A stretch of DNA of 45,509 nt from Lentimicrobium sp. (lineage in GTDB: Bacteria; Bacteroidota; Bacteroidia; Bacteroidales; 4484-276). A program made the translations under genes and the position numbers. Where the stretch lies: NCBI GenBank assembly GCA_012516825.1, contig JAAYWF010000208.1:1-45509 (forward strand), read 5' to 3'. The notes beneath the pieces are model-generated. The model was not told where the DNA came from. It did not search any database and was given only the letters and a program-made list of their open reading frames with translations. Each line of letters begins with the position of its first letter. Position 1 is the stretch's first letter. Shown in pieces: positions 10,357 through 20,256 of this stretch.

Positions 10357-11655
10357 ATGAATTTTATTGAAGAACTCCAATGGCGTGGAATGATCCACGA
10401 TATGACTCCCGGCTTGACAGAACAACTGGAAAACGAGATGACAACAGCCTACGTAGGTATTGATCCAACAGCAGACTCATTACACATAGGCCATCTTGTT
10501 TCGGTAATGATGCTGAAGCATTTTCAAGTTTGTGGACATCGGCCTATCGTATTAATTGGTGGAGCAACCGGTATGATTGGCGATCCATCGGGTAAATCCA
10601 AAGAACGTAATCTGTTGGATGAACAAACTTTGCAGCAGAATCAGGAATCAATTAAAAATCAACTTTCTAAATTCCTCGATTTCAACCAAAATAAACCTAA
10701 TGGAGCTTTGATGGTAAATAATTATGACTGGATGAAAGAGTATAGCTTTCTACAGTTTATTAGAGACATTGGGAAACATATCACTGTTAATTACATGATG
10801 GCAAAAGATTCAGTTAAAACCAGACTTAGCGCTGAATCAAAAGAAGGTATGTCGTTCACAGAATTTTCTTACCAATTAGTACAAGGAACGGATTTTCTGG
10901 TTTTATTTCAGCAACACAACTGTAAATTACAGATGGGTGGGTCGGATCAATGGGGAAATATAATCACGGGAACGGAATTAATTAGACGAAAACTCGGCCA
11001 TGATGCCAAAGCATTTGCACTAACATGCCCATTGATTACTAAAGCTGACGGGGGTAAATTCGGAAAGACAGAAGAGGGTAATATATGGCTTGATCCTGCG
11101 AAAACTTCTCCTTATTCATTTTACCAATTCTGGCTTAACACATCCGATGAAGATGCAATAAGCTATATAAAAATATTTACACTTTTACAAAAAGAAGAAA
11201 TTGATCAATTAATAGAAAATCATAGAAAAGCGCCACACCAACGTGAATTACAAAAAGTTTTAGCACGTGAAATTACCATAATGATTCATTCAAAAGAGGA
11301 GTACGAATTGGCCGTTGATGCCAGTGAAATTCTTTTTGGTAAAGGTACAACCGATACACTTAAAAGACTTAAAGAAGATGTGCTATTAAATATTTTTGAA
11401 GGAGTGCCTCAAAGCAATGTAAGTTCAAATGATATTTATAAATCAATTCCAATTGTTGATTTTCTTACCGATTTTACAAAAATTTCCTCATCAAAGCGTG
11501 AAGCAAGAGAGTTTTTGAGAAATGGTGCTATTTCAATAAACAAAGAGAGAGTTGGAGAAGATTATATGATCGGTGAAAACGATCTTTTACAAAATAGGTA
11601 TATCCTTGCTCAACGAGGTAAGAAAAATTATTACTTAATAATTTGCGATTATTAA
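10357..11655 (+). CDS. tyrS: Tyrosine--tRNA ligase
   Basis: 432 aa. HIGH motif (SLHIGHLV), KMSKS-type KFGKT, and a C-terminal S4-like domain. Confidence 0.95.
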   Translation: MNFIEELQWRGMIHDMTPGLTEQLENEMTTAYVGIDPTADSLHIGHLVSVMMLKHFQVCGHRPIVLIGGATGMIGDPSGKSKERNLLDEQTLQQNQESIKNQLSKFLDFNQNKPNGALMVNNYDWMKEYSFLQFIRDIGKHITVNYMMAKDSVKTRLSAESKEGMSFTEFSYQLVQGTDFLVLFQQHNCKLQMGGSDQWGNIITGTELIRRKLGHDAKAFALTCPLITKADGGKFGKTEEGNIWLDPAKTSPYSFYQFWLNTSDEDAISYIKIFTLLQKEEIDQLIENHRKAPHQRELQKVLAREITIMIHSKEEYELAVDASEILFGKGTTDTLKRLKEDVLLNIFEGVPQSNVSSNDIYKSIPIVDFLTDFTKISSSKREAREFLRNGAISINKERVGEDYMIGENDLLQNRYILAQRGKKNYYLIICDY

Positions 11656-11688
11656 CGCCAATTAGGTATCTAATTAGTAATTATATAG

Positions 11689-13080
11689 TTATCTTTTATT
11701 CTTTTCTTTGTTTTTTTCTTCCCAAATCTTATTAAAGGATTTTTCAGCAAAAACAGGAAGAGTCCGTCGAGGTCCCCAGGTCTTTTTAAATAACAAGTTG
11801 ATTGCTCTGTTTTTTAGCGTTGCATTAGCTATCTCCATTCTTTTTCTTTTTTTTAATACCCGATAAGTCCATTTTTGAGCTTGTCTTTCTTTTTTACTAA
11901 CAATACCAAACTTCACCAACTCTTGTCTGTTTATCAACAATAATTCATGCAAATTGATATTTACCGGACACACCTCCGTACATTTTCCACAAAGAGTAGA
12001 TGCAAAACTTAAATGACCAAATTCATTCATTCCTCGCAAATGAGGAGTAATAATAGCGCCAATTGGGCCAGTGTAAGTAGAATTATAGGTATATCCACCA
12101 ACATTTTTGTAAACAGGACAAGCATTTAAGCAGGCGCCACAACGAATACAAGACAAAGATCTTCGCAATTCCTTGTGTTTCAAAATTTCTGTTCGGCGAT
12201 TATCTAACAAAACAAGATATAGTTCCTCAGGCCCATCAGTTTCATCGTTCTGTTTAGGACCTGATATTATTGAATTATAGGCCGTTATATTTTGACCTGT
12301 ACCATGAACTGCTAATAAAGGCAGAAAAAGATCAAGATCACGTAAAGTAGGAATTATTTTTTCTATTCCGGAAATAGCAATATGAATTTTTGGTATTGAA
12401 GAGGTTAAAACACCATTTCCTTCATTTTCAGTTAAAACGAGCGAACCTGTTTCGGCAATCAAAAAATTTACACCTGTAATACCAACATCAGCATTAATAA
12501 ATTTATCTCTAAGCTTTTCTCTTACAAAAGCTGAAATCTGTTCCGGTGTACTACTCTTATCAATGCCGAATTTCTCACTGAATAATTCTACAACTTCCTC
12601 TTTCGACTTATGCATAGCAGGTGTAACAATATGATAAGGTTTCTCATTGGCAACCTGAACTATAAACTCTCCTAAATCAGTCTCTAACGTTTCAATAGAT
12701 TCATTTTCCAAAACTTTGTTAAGCTCAAGTTCTTCAGTAATCATTGATTTTGATTTAACAACCAATTTTGCTTTATTCCTTTTCAGTATAGCAACTATAG
12801 CTTTTAAAGCGTCGCTAGCGCTTGGCGCCCAAATAATACGACCGCCATTATTTTCAAAATTCAATTCGAATTCATAAAGGTATTTATCCAAATTCTCTAA
12901 AACCTTATGCTTAATGCCTGCAGCACGATTTTTTGCCAAATCAAGATTTTCATACTGTCGTTTTCCGCTACGTACAGCTATATTGTACTTTTCAATAGTA
13001 TTATTTATCTTTTCCCGATGAAAAGTGTCAAATGCAACTTGTTCCGAATCTTTTAGAAATTTTTTGTAATATTCCGACAT
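11689..13080 (-). CDS. lutB: LutB/LldF-family iron-sulfur protein (LUD domain + 2x[4Fe-4S])
   Basis: 463 aa. Two ferredoxin-type cluster motifs, CIRCGACLNACPVY and CGKCTEVCPVNI, follow a LUD-type N-terminal domain. Confidence 0.75.
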   Translation of the reverse strand: MSEYYKKFLKDSEQVAFDTFHREKINNTIEKYNIAVRSGKRQYENLDLAKNRAAGIKHKVLENLDKYLYEFELNFENNGGRIIWAPSASDALKAIVAILKRNKAKLVVKSKSMITEELELNKVLENESIETLETDLGEFIVQVANEKPYHIVTPAMHKSKEEVVELFSEKFGIDKSSTPEQISAFVREKLRDKFINADVGITGVNFLIAETGSLVLTENEGNGVLTSSIPKIHIAISGIEKIIPTLRDLDLFLPLLAVHGTGQNITAYNSIISGPKQNDETDGPEELYLVLLDNRRTEILKHKELRRSLSCIRCGACLNACPVYKNVGGYTYNSTYTGPIGAIITPHLRGMNEFGHLSFASTLCGKCTEVCPVNINLHELLLINRQELVKFGIVSKKERQAQKWTYRVLKKRKRMEIANATLKNRAINLLFKKTWGPRRTLPVFAEKSFNKIWEEKNKEKNKR

Positions 13081-13091
13081 TTAATTTCCTT

Positions 13092-13544
13092 TTAATGAAT
13101 TATCGCTGAAATTTTCTCTACTCTTTTTATATGCCTTCCACCTTCAAAAGGTGTTAAAAAGAAGACTTTTACACACTCTACTGCCTCTTCAAAATCAATA
13201 AACCGTCCTGGTAAAGTTATTATATTTGCGTCATTGTGTAACCTCGAAAGCTTTGCTTGTTCGACATTCCAACACAACGCAGCTCTAACTTTCAAATATT
13301 TGTTTGCAGTCATATTGGCTCCTTGCCCGCTACCACAGATAACAATTCCTTTTTTATCAGGATGTTTGTTAATCCATGCTGCTACAGGATGTATAAAATC
13401 AGGATAATCAACGCTCTCTTCGTAAAATGTTCCAAAATCTTCAAAACTAAACCCCTTAGTTATTAAAGATTCTATCAAAAATTCCTTCAGCTTAAAACCT
13501 GCATGATCACTACCGATTGGTATAAGTTGTTGTTCTTGTGTCAT
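13092..13544 (-). CDS. rpiB: Ribose-5-phosphate isomerase B
   Basis: 150 aa. IGSDHAGF and ICGSGQGANMTANK motifs of the RpiB/LacAB family. Confidence 0.9.
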   Translation of the reverse strand: MTQEQQLIPIGSDHAGFKLKEFLIESLITKGFSFEDFGTFYEESVDYPDFIHPVAAWINKHPDKKGIVICGSGQGANMTANKYLKVRAALCWNVEQAKLSRLHNDANIITLPGRFIDFEEAVECVKVFFLTPFEGGRHIKRVEKISAIIH

Positions 13545-14132
13545 TTATAGTTTTGTTGAAAATTTTTTTTCAAAAATAAAATAATATCCCAATATGAAAT
13601 TTTATTTTTAAAATGGAAATTTAATCTAAATTTTTTCAAAAAGCTCATCTTTAATATCTTACAGATTAAAAATAAAAGCTAACTTATTGATGCCATTTTT
13701 TTTAATAAAAACACAAAATTTCTCATTTGTAAGAATAATCAATCAATTAGATTTTTCAACAAATTACTGCTTGAACTTGTTAATAGATTGACAACTAAAA
13801 TTAATAAGAATTTGAGATACTAACAATTGACCTTGAAATTATCAATTTTTAATAATCCACTAAATTTTATCACTATATTTCAAGATTAATATTCACAAAA
13901 AAATGTCGAAATAGCAATAATTTTATCATCATACCACATTCAAAAAATCTTTGTTAATTTGTCAATTACTTTATTTAAAGCAATGAATTTCAAAACTATA
14001 AAATTCACAAATAGATTGATTTTTTTTAATAACAATTAATAAATGATAAAACCAAATATTTAATCGTTTATTTATTAATGATCTTAACAGACTAATATTA
14101 ATAAAAACATTTTTTTTAAATATGATATTAAT

Positions 14133-15107
14133 ATGATCCTACAAGAAAAGATTAAAACGAACTTTGACGATACTGAATTAATTGATAAAATTGAACAACT
14201 TAAAAAAGAAAAGAACGCAATCTTATTGGCTCATTTTTATGTTGATGAAAAGATACAAGATATTGCTGATTATGTAGGAGATAGCTTAGGACTTTCACAA
14301 AAAGCTGTCAAAACAAATGCTGATATGATAGTTTTTGCCGGTGTTCATTTTATGGCAGAAACTGCAAAAATATTAAGCCCTGATAAAAAAGTATTAATCC
14401 CTGATTTTGATGCTGGTTGTTCATTAGCCAATTCATGTCCGCCTCAAGAATTTGGCTTGTTTAAAGAAAAATATCCTGATCATATCGTAATTTCTTACAT
14501 CAATTGCTCTGCGTTAATCAAAACAATGTCTGATATTATTTGTACATCAGGAAATGCTGTTCAAATAGTAGAATCGTTTCCAAAAAATCAGAAAATACTT
14601 TTTGCACCTGATAAAAACTTCGGAGGATATATCAATCGTGTTACAGGAAGAAAAATGATATTTTGGAATGGCGCTTGCGAGGTTCATGACAATTTAAAAA
14701 CAGAGTCAATAATAAAAATGAAAAATAAATATCCTGATGCTAAGGTAATTGCGCATCCTGAGTGTAAAGAACAAATTTTAGAGTTAGCCGATTTTGTTGG
14801 ATCAACAACAGCATTATTGAATTTTACTAAAAAAGATAAAGCTAAAAAATTTATCGTAGCTACCGAAAGTGGAATTTTGCATCAAATGAGAAAAGAGTCA
14901 CCACAAAAAGAATTTTATATTGTAGCCAAAGATGACAAAAGTAATTGTAATGATTGTTCCTATATGAAAATGAATTCATTACAAAAACTTTATCTATGTA
15001 TGAAAAATGAATATCCTCAAATACATTTGAACAACGAAATAATAATAAAAGCTCGTAAACCAATCGAAAGGATGTTCGAAATTTCAAGATCATTAGGATT
15101 AATTTAA
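14133..15107 (+). CDS. nadA: Quinolinate synthase
   Basis: 324 aa. NadA family pattern (LLAHFYV, FAGVHFMAETAKIL, YINCSA, VIAHPEC). Confidence 0.9.
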   Translation: MILQEKIKTNFDDTELIDKIEQLKKEKNAILLAHFYVDEKIQDIADYVGDSLGLSQKAVKTNADMIVFAGVHFMAETAKILSPDKKVLIPDFDAGCSLANSCPPQEFGLFKEKYPDHIVISYINCSALIKTMSDIICTSGNAVQIVESFPKNQKILFAPDKNFGGYINRVTGRKMIFWNGACEVHDNLKTESIIKMKNKYPDAKVIAHPECKEQILELADFVGSTTALLNFTKKDKAKKFIVATESGILHQMRKESPQKEFYIVAKDDKSNCNDCSYMKMNSLQKLYLCMKNEYPQIHLNNEIIIKARKPIERMFEISRSLGLI

Positions 15108-15160
15108 GTGCGTATTCTTTTAAAGCACTGTTCTTTTCAATTACATTGATTATAAATACT

Positions 15161-15196
15161 TTAAGCATTTAACCTTTTTTAAATGCTTAATTTTTA
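15161..15196 (+). terminator. Intrinsic terminator after nadA
   Basis: Perfect 12-bp stem TTAAGCATTTAA / TTAAATGCTTAA with a 6-nt loop, followed by TTTTTA. Confidence 0.6.
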
Positions 15197-15220
15197 TAAA
15201 AATCATTTGGTAATAAAGGC

Positions 15221-15228
15221 TACTTTTG
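15221..15228 (+). promoter_or_regulatory. Bacteroidota -7 promoter element (TAnnTTTG) upstream of tmk
   Basis: TACTTTTG lies 22 nt upstream of the tmk ATG. Confidence 0.45.
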
Positions 15229-15250
15229 AAGATTGATTAATAAAAAGTAA

Positions 15251-15880
15251 ATGGCAAAAAATTTATTTATAGCCTTTGAGGGTATTGATGGTAGTGGTAA
15301 AAGTACACAGATCAACCTATTGAAAAAAAATTTTGAAAATGCTGGACATAATGTTTATACTACCTTCGAACCTACTGATAAACCAATAGGTAAGCTTATC
15401 AGAGACATTTTTAATCATAGGTCGAATGCCGACCAACGTACAATTGCAGCACTTTTTGCGGCAGACCGTCTTGAACATATATTGGATAAAGAGAATGGCA
15501 TTATTAAAATGTTGAAAGAGGGGTTTACTGTTATTACTGATCGGTTTTATTTATCATCTTATGCTTATCATGGTGTTCATGTGCCGGTTGATTGGGTGAT
15601 ACAATGTAATATGCTTAGCGCTGAATTAATCCGACCGGATTTAAACATATTTATTGATATTGATCCGGAACTCGGAATGAAACGTTTGAAAAAAGGAAGA
15701 AACAGTTTAGAAATGTTTGAAACACTTGAAAATCAAAAAAAAGTAAGGGATAAATATTTTGAGATAATGGAAAAACTAAAATTCCAAGAAAAAATATTTG
15801 TTACTGATGGAAATCGTCCTGTTGAATTAATAGCTGAAGATATTTGGAAGGTTGTTGAAAATATCTTAGATAGGATATGA
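15251..15880 (+). CDS. tmk: dTMP (thymidylate) kinase
   Basis: 209 aa. P-loop FEGIDGSGKST and the DRF/LID region pattern. Confidence 0.9.
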   Translation: MAKNLFIAFEGIDGSGKSTQINLLKKNFENAGHNVYTTFEPTDKPIGKLIRDIFNHRSNADQRTIAALFAADRLEHILDKENGIIKMLKEGFTVITDRFYLSSYAYHGVHVPVDWVIQCNMLSAELIRPDLNIFIDIDPELGMKRLKKGRNSLEMFETLENQKKVRDKYFEIMEKLKFQEKIFVTDGNRPVELIAEDIWKVVENILDRI

Positions 15881-16659
15881 AAAAGCATTTGAATAAAATT
15901 TCCAAAACTTCTGCTCTTTTAGATAAAAGAGGGTGGGCAGAAGCAAATGCTGGAAATATCTCATTAAGGATTGGAAATATTTCAAATAATTATTACAAAA
16001 AATATCAATTAGGTGAATTAAAAAATTTCCAAAAAACTTTTACCCATCTTTCTAATCAGGTGATTATAGTTACCGGCGCTGGAACACGAATGAGGGATGT
16101 AAAGAGGAAACCGGAAAGATATCTTTTTATCTTAAAAATTAACGAAGCCGGTAATATGTTTCAACAAATTATTAGTAACAAAACCAATAAGAACCTAAAA
16201 CCTACTTCTGAATTAATCAGCCATTTGTACATTCATAATATGCTTTTGGCCAATAAAAGAGAGGAAAGAAGTATTGTTCATACACACCCTGCTAATTTAA
16301 TCGCCCTATCTCATATTCAAAAGTTTTGCAATCAAGATGCTATTAACAATTTGTTATGGAGCATTCAACCCGAAACAGTAGTATTAGCAAATGAAGGAAT
16401 TGCTTTTATACCTTATCAGCTTACCGGATCCGAAAAACTTGCAATTGAAACTACAAAAGCTCTTGAAAAACATAGGGTAGCATTGTGGGAAAAACATGGT
16501 TGTATAGCAATAGGAAAGTCTCCTGAAAAAGCATTCGATCTTATTGATGTATTGGAAAAATCAGCATTTATTTTTTTCATTTACAAAAATGCTGGCTATA
16601 ATGTCGAAGGAATTAATGATATTAAACAAAAAAAAATGCGAAGGCATTTTAAAATTTGA
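15877..16659 (+). CDS. Class II aldolase/adducin family protein, rhamnulose-1-phosphate aldolase-like
   Basis: 260 aa. Aligns by eye along its length with E. coli RhaD (GNISLR, VTGAGTRMRDV, PTSEL, VHTHPANLIAL, LWEKHG). Start overlaps the tmk stop by 4 nt (ATGA). Confidence 0.7.
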   Translation: MKKHLNKISKTSALLDKRGWAEANAGNISLRIGNISNNYYKKYQLGELKNFQKTFTHLSNQVIIVTGAGTRMRDVKRKPERYLFILKINEAGNMFQQIISNKTNKNLKPTSELISHLYIHNMLLANKREERSIVHTHPANLIALSHIQKFCNQDAINNLLWSIQPETVVLANEGIAFIPYQLTGSEKLAIETTKALEKHRVALWEKHGCIAIGKSPEKAFDLIDVLEKSAFIFFIYKNAGYNVEGINDIKQKKMRRHFKI

Positions 16660-16726
16660 TTACTGTTTTATTTGTAATAATATTTAAATACATTTTTTTG
16701 TGAGTAAAATTTAAAATATCTTTTTA

Positions 16727-17908
16727 ATGAAAAATTATACGCTTATAGTAGTTTCTGATCCATCAAGTGAAAGCGAGTTTTTAGATTTCCCATCAAGGTT
16801 GTATAAAAGTGATCCAAACTATATAAGACCTCTTGATGAAGAGGTAAAAGCAATTTTTGATCCGGCAAAAAACAAGTTATTTAGAAATGGAGATGCAAAG
16901 CGTTGGCTCTTGAAAGATGACAATAACAAAACTGTTGGCCGGATAGCTTCCTTTTATAATGAAGCTCTTTCAAAAGCTAATGATCAGCCTACTGGTGGAC
17001 TTGGTTTTTTTGATTCAATAAACGATGTTGAAGCGTCTAAGATATTATTTGATGCTTCTCGTGAGTGGTTGGTGGGAAAAGGTATGGAGGCTATGGATGG
17101 GCCAATAAATTTTGGTGAACGCGACAGCTTTTGGGGCTGTTTGGTTGATGGTTTTTATCCTCCAATTTTCAATATGCCATATAATTTTCCTTATTATAAA
17201 GATTTGTTCGAAAGTTATGGCTTTCAAAACTATTTTAATCAGTACACTTATCATCGTTTGCTTGTGCCAGGCAAGTTAACCCCAGTGGTAGAAGAGAAAG
17301 CTATGAAAATTCTGAATAATAAAGATTATCATTTTAAAACTATAGACACAAAAAATACTGATAAATTTATTGAAGATTTCATGATTATATATAACAAAGC
17401 ATGGGCGCGGTTTCCGGGAATAAAGAAACTTTCAAAAGCTCATGCTGCCGCACTTTTTAAATCACTGAAACCAATTATGGATCCCCGATTAATACTATAC
17501 GGTTATTATAAAAATGAACCTGTTGCTTTTTTTATTATGATGCCTGATATCAATCAGATTATCAGGGAGTTTGATGGTAAACTTAATATGATCAATAAGT
17601 TGAAATTGTTTTTTAAGATTAAATATACTTCGGCTACCGATAAAGTTATCGGAAGGATTTTTGGTGTTGTTCCCGAACACCAAGGTCGTGGGGTCGAAGC
17701 TGGACTTATTAAAACGTTTGAAAAAATTGTTATAAAGCCAAAGTTTCATTATAAAGATTTGGAAATGAATTGGATAGGCGATTTTAATCCAATTATGATG
17801 AAGGTCTGCGAACAAATTGGCGCTACCATTCTTAAAACTCATATAACTTACCGCTATTTGTTTGACAGATCTTTGCCATTTAAGCGTGCAAAACGGGTGA
17901 ATGTGTAA
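16727..17908 (+). CDS. Conserved hypothetical protein, probable GNAT-fold N-acetyltransferase
   Basis: 393 aa. The N-terminal LDFPSRLYKSDPNYIRPLDEEVKAIFDPAKN pattern is recalled from a widespread family annotated as GNAT N-acetyltransferase. The QGRGVEAGLI segment resembles an acetyl-CoA binding loop. Confidence 0.5.
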   Translation: MKNYTLIVVSDPSSESEFLDFPSRLYKSDPNYIRPLDEEVKAIFDPAKNKLFRNGDAKRWLLKDDNNKTVGRIASFYNEALSKANDQPTGGLGFFDSINDVEASKILFDASREWLVGKGMEAMDGPINFGERDSFWGCLVDGFYPPIFNMPYNFPYYKDLFESYGFQNYFNQYTYHRLLVPGKLTPVVEEKAMKILNNKDYHFKTIDTKNTDKFIEDFMIIYNKAWARFPGIKKLSKAHAAALFKSLKPIMDPRLILYGYYKNEPVAFFIMMPDINQIIREFDGKLNMINKLKLFFKIKYTSATDKVIGRIFGVVPEHQGRGVEAGLIKTFEKIVIKPKFHYKDLEMNWIGDFNPIMMKVCEQIGATILKTHITYRYLFDRSLPFKRAKRVNV

Positions 17909-18374
17909 TATGGAATTTCTGCTTGCTGTTGACCTGGGAATAAATACTGGATTGGCGCTTTTTGGTTCTGACGGGAGGCTTTATTGGTTTCGTTCAAAAA
18001 ATTTTGGTTCTGCTTCAAGGCTTCGACGCGCGATACCTTGGCTGTTAAATCAGGAAGAAGATATAACTACAGTAATAATTGAAGGCGGCGGCCCTTTGTT
18101 GAAAATTTGGGATGCAGAGTTTAATAAAAGAAATTTGACGGTTTTAAGAATAATGGCTGACCAGTGGAGACAGGAAATCTTTTATCAACGCGAGTACAGA
18201 AACCGAAAAGATGCTAAAGAAAATGCAAAATATTATGCTACGAAAGTTATTGAAAAGCTATCGGAAAGCGGATTGACCTCTTTAAATGAAAACACTGCTG
18301 AGGCTATTCTTATTGGTTTATACGGAATGAAAATGTTGAATTGGATTGATTCCATAAATAAAACATTAAGGTAA
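17901..18374 (+). CDS. Hypothetical protein with possible RuvC/RNase H-like fold
   Basis: 157 aa, or 154 aa from the ATG at 17910. N-terminal LLAVDLGINTGLALF (acidic residue on the first beta-strand), VIIEGGG, and C-terminal NTAEAILIGLYG are arranged like RuvC-type carboxylate motifs. This is pattern-based only. Confidence 0.3.
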   Translation: MCNMEFLLAVDLGINTGLALFGSDGRLYWFRSKNFGSASRLRRAIPWLLNQEEDITTVIIEGGGPLLKIWDAEFNKRNLTVLRIMADQWRQEIFYQREYRNRKDAKENAKYYATKVIEKLSESGLTSLNENTAEAILIGLYGMKMLNWIDSINKTLR

Positions 18375-18395
18375 AAAAAACAGTTTTTGTTCGAA

Positions 18396-18989
18396 TTATT
18401 TCAAGATCACGTTTTTAGCCAAATCATTTAAGGCTATAAAGCATTTTGCAGTTAGTCTTGCATCTTCCAAAGCATTGTGCGTATCGCCATCACGCGAAAA
18501 ACCGAAATAAGACGCTACGTTTTCTAGGCTGAGCGATCGGGGAATCTTTTTACCATTATTTTCGAGAATCATAAATGCGTATTGTGAAACACTATGTAGC
18601 TCAAGCATACGAAAGGAAAATGGCCATGCTAATTTTTCTTTTTTATAAGCAAAACTTAAAAAGTTGATATCATTGATTATACTTTGACCACAGATAACAA
18701 CTCCTTTTAGTGAGTCTTGTTCGCGATAAAAAAGGCATTTGCGGATCCATTTTTCAAAATCGGCAAGTACTTCATAAATCATTGGCGCATCTTCCAACTC
18801 ATCAATTGAAATACCATGTATCTCCTCAGAGTGACTTGAGAAAGCATCTTCATTTTCAGGGTAAACGTTGCTGATGAACTCTCCCATAAATTTCCATTTG
18901 TCATCATAGATTTCGGCGCCAATCTGTATTATCTCGTTGTAATCCGGCTCTGGGCCAGTCATTTCAAGATCAAGGACTAAATAGGGCAT
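18396..18989 (-). CDS. DEDDh 3'-5' exonuclease domain protein (KapD/ERI-1-like)
   Basis: 197 aa. Exo I LVLDLEMTG, Exo III THNALEDARL. Confidence 0.8.
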   Translation of the reverse strand: MPYLVLDLEMTGPEPDYNEIIQIGAEIYDDKWKFMGEFISNVYPENEDAFSSHSEEIHGISIDELEDAPMIYEVLADFEKWIRKCLFYREQDSLKGVVICGQSIINDINFLSFAYKKEKLAWPFSFRMLELHSVSQYAFMILENNGKKIPRSLSLENVASYFGFSRDGDTHNALEDARLTAKCFIALNDLAKNVILK

Positions 18990-19104
18990 GATTAAATTTT
19001 TTTAATGATAAGCAAAGATAAATGGATTTGATTTTATAAAGACAGATACATACTTTTTCACAAATGAAGAGACGCGAATCAATAAATGGGACAAGTATGT
19101 TTAC

Positions 19105-19551
19105 TTAGGTTCGTTTTTCTTTGAAATATCTTTTTAATAATTCCCCGCATTCATTTTGCAAAATCCCTGTAATCAATTCTGTTTTAGGATGTAAAATATT
19201 TTTATTTATTAGAGTAAATCCTTTTTTGTGATCGAAAGCGCCAAAAACAATTTTACTTATTTGTGTCCAATAAGCTGCTCCGGCGCACATTACACATGGT
19301 TCAAGTGTAACGTAAAGAGTACATTCGTCAAGATATTTATTGCCGGTATAATTGGATGCTGCAGTAAAAGCTTGCATTTCTGCATGAGCTGTAACGTCGG
19401 TAAGCTGTTCAGTTAGGTTATGTGCACGGGCAATAATACGGTTGTTGCAAACAATTACAGCCCCTACCGGTACTTCATCTTTTGTAAAGGCTTCATATGC
19501 CTCCTTTAAAGCCTCTTTCATATAATATTCGTGAGTATTAAAATTAAACAT
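19105..19551 (-). CDS. tadA: tRNA adenosine(34) deaminase
   Basis: Zinc motifs TAHAEMQAF and EPCVMCAGA. The start is trimmed to the ATG at 19551 (MFNFNTHEYYMKEALKEA...), giving 148 aa. The longer track ORF (to 19710) adds an implausible hydrophobic extension that overlaps the ferritin gene start. Confidence 0.88.
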   Translation of the reverse strand: MFNFNTHEYYMKEALKEAYEAFTKDEVPVGAVIVCNNRIIARAHNLTEQLTDVTAHAEMQAFTAASNYTGNKYLDECTLYVTLEPCVMCAGAAYWTQISKIVFGAFDHKKGFTLINKNILHPKTELITGILQNECGELLKRYFKEKRT

Positions 19552-19678
19552 CAGATAAAACAATTGGAGTGAACAATTAAAAATAAAACTTGGCCAAATT
19601 AGTAATTGATTTTTGCATGCAAACAATAATAACGAATTTTTGTTTCTATTCACAACTAAATCATTAAAACATAATATT

Positions 19679-20170
19679 ATGATATCGAAGAAGATAGAAT
19701 CAGCGATCAATGATCAAATTTTACTTGAAGAATTATCTTCGAGAGTATATCTTGCAATGGCCTCTTGGTGTGAGGTTCAAGGTTTGCAGGGTGTTGCTAA
19801 TTTTTTATATAAACATAGTGATGAAGAGCGGATGCATCAACTGAAACTTATTCGTTATCTTAACGATAGGGAAGGATATGCTGAGTTGCAAGCGTTGCCA
19901 AAACCCGAGATAAAGTGTAAAGATATTGAAGAGCTGTTTACACAAGTTTTAAAACACGAACAGCTTGTAAGTAAGAAGATTAACGACTTAGTTGATATGA
20001 GCCTCGAAGAAAAGGATCATGCCACTTTCAACTTCTTGCAATGGTTTGTCTCTGAACAGGTTGAAGAAGAAAGTTTAGTAAATAACATATTGGCTAAAAT
20101 CAAGTTGGCCGGCGATTCAAAAATGGGCAAATTCCATATTGACAATTTCCTCGCATCACTTGATGATTAG
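19679..20170 (+). CDS. ftnA: Non-heme ferritin
   Basis: 163 aa from the ATG at 19679 (MISKKIESAINDQI...). Ferritin-like four-helix pattern with ferroxidase residues (LEELSS..Y, DEERMHQLK, EEKDH..F.QWF..EQ.EEE). Confidence 0.88.
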   Translation: MISKKIESAINDQILLEELSSRVYLAMASWCEVQGLQGVANFLYKHSDEERMHQLKLIRYLNDREGYAELQALPKPEIKCKDIEELFTQVLKHEQLVSKKINDLVDMSLEEKDHATFNFLQWFVSEQVEEESLVNNILAKIKLAGDSKMGKFHIDNFLASLDD

Positions 20171-20212
20171 AAAAAAGTAAAATTGTTAAAGTATTGTCAA
20201 TTGGATGATCTG

Positions 20213-20256
20213 GGATAATACCGAAAGGATGATTGTTTTTTCGATCGGTATTATCC
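20213..20256. terminator. Bidirectional terminator-like hairpin between convergent ftnA and the dehydrogenase gene
   Basis: Perfect 12-bp arms GGATAATACCGA (20213-20224) and TCGGTATTATCC (20245-20256) with a 20-nt T-rich loop. The right arm overlaps the stop codon of the minus-strand gene. Confidence 0.45.

Noticed and set aside
11656-11688. AATTAG-GTAT-CTAATT hairpin between convergent tyrS and lutB, as a possible terminator.
   Set aside because: The stem is only 6 bp and all A/T-rich, with no clear U-tract. That is too weak to report as a feature.
13545-14132. Chromosomal replication origin (oriC), given the AT-richness and gyrB nearby.
   Set aside because: I found no cluster of DnaA boxes. 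The best match, TAATCCACT, has two mismatches to TTATCCACA. dnaA and dnaN are not in the window.
19552-19710. N-terminal extensions of the track ORFs for tadA (to 19710), ferritin (from 19613) and gyrB (from 24515).
   Set aside because: The extensions are hydrophobic or low-complexity. They overlap the divergent neighbour or a promoter element, and family-typical N-termini begin at the internal ATGs (19551, 19679, 24599).
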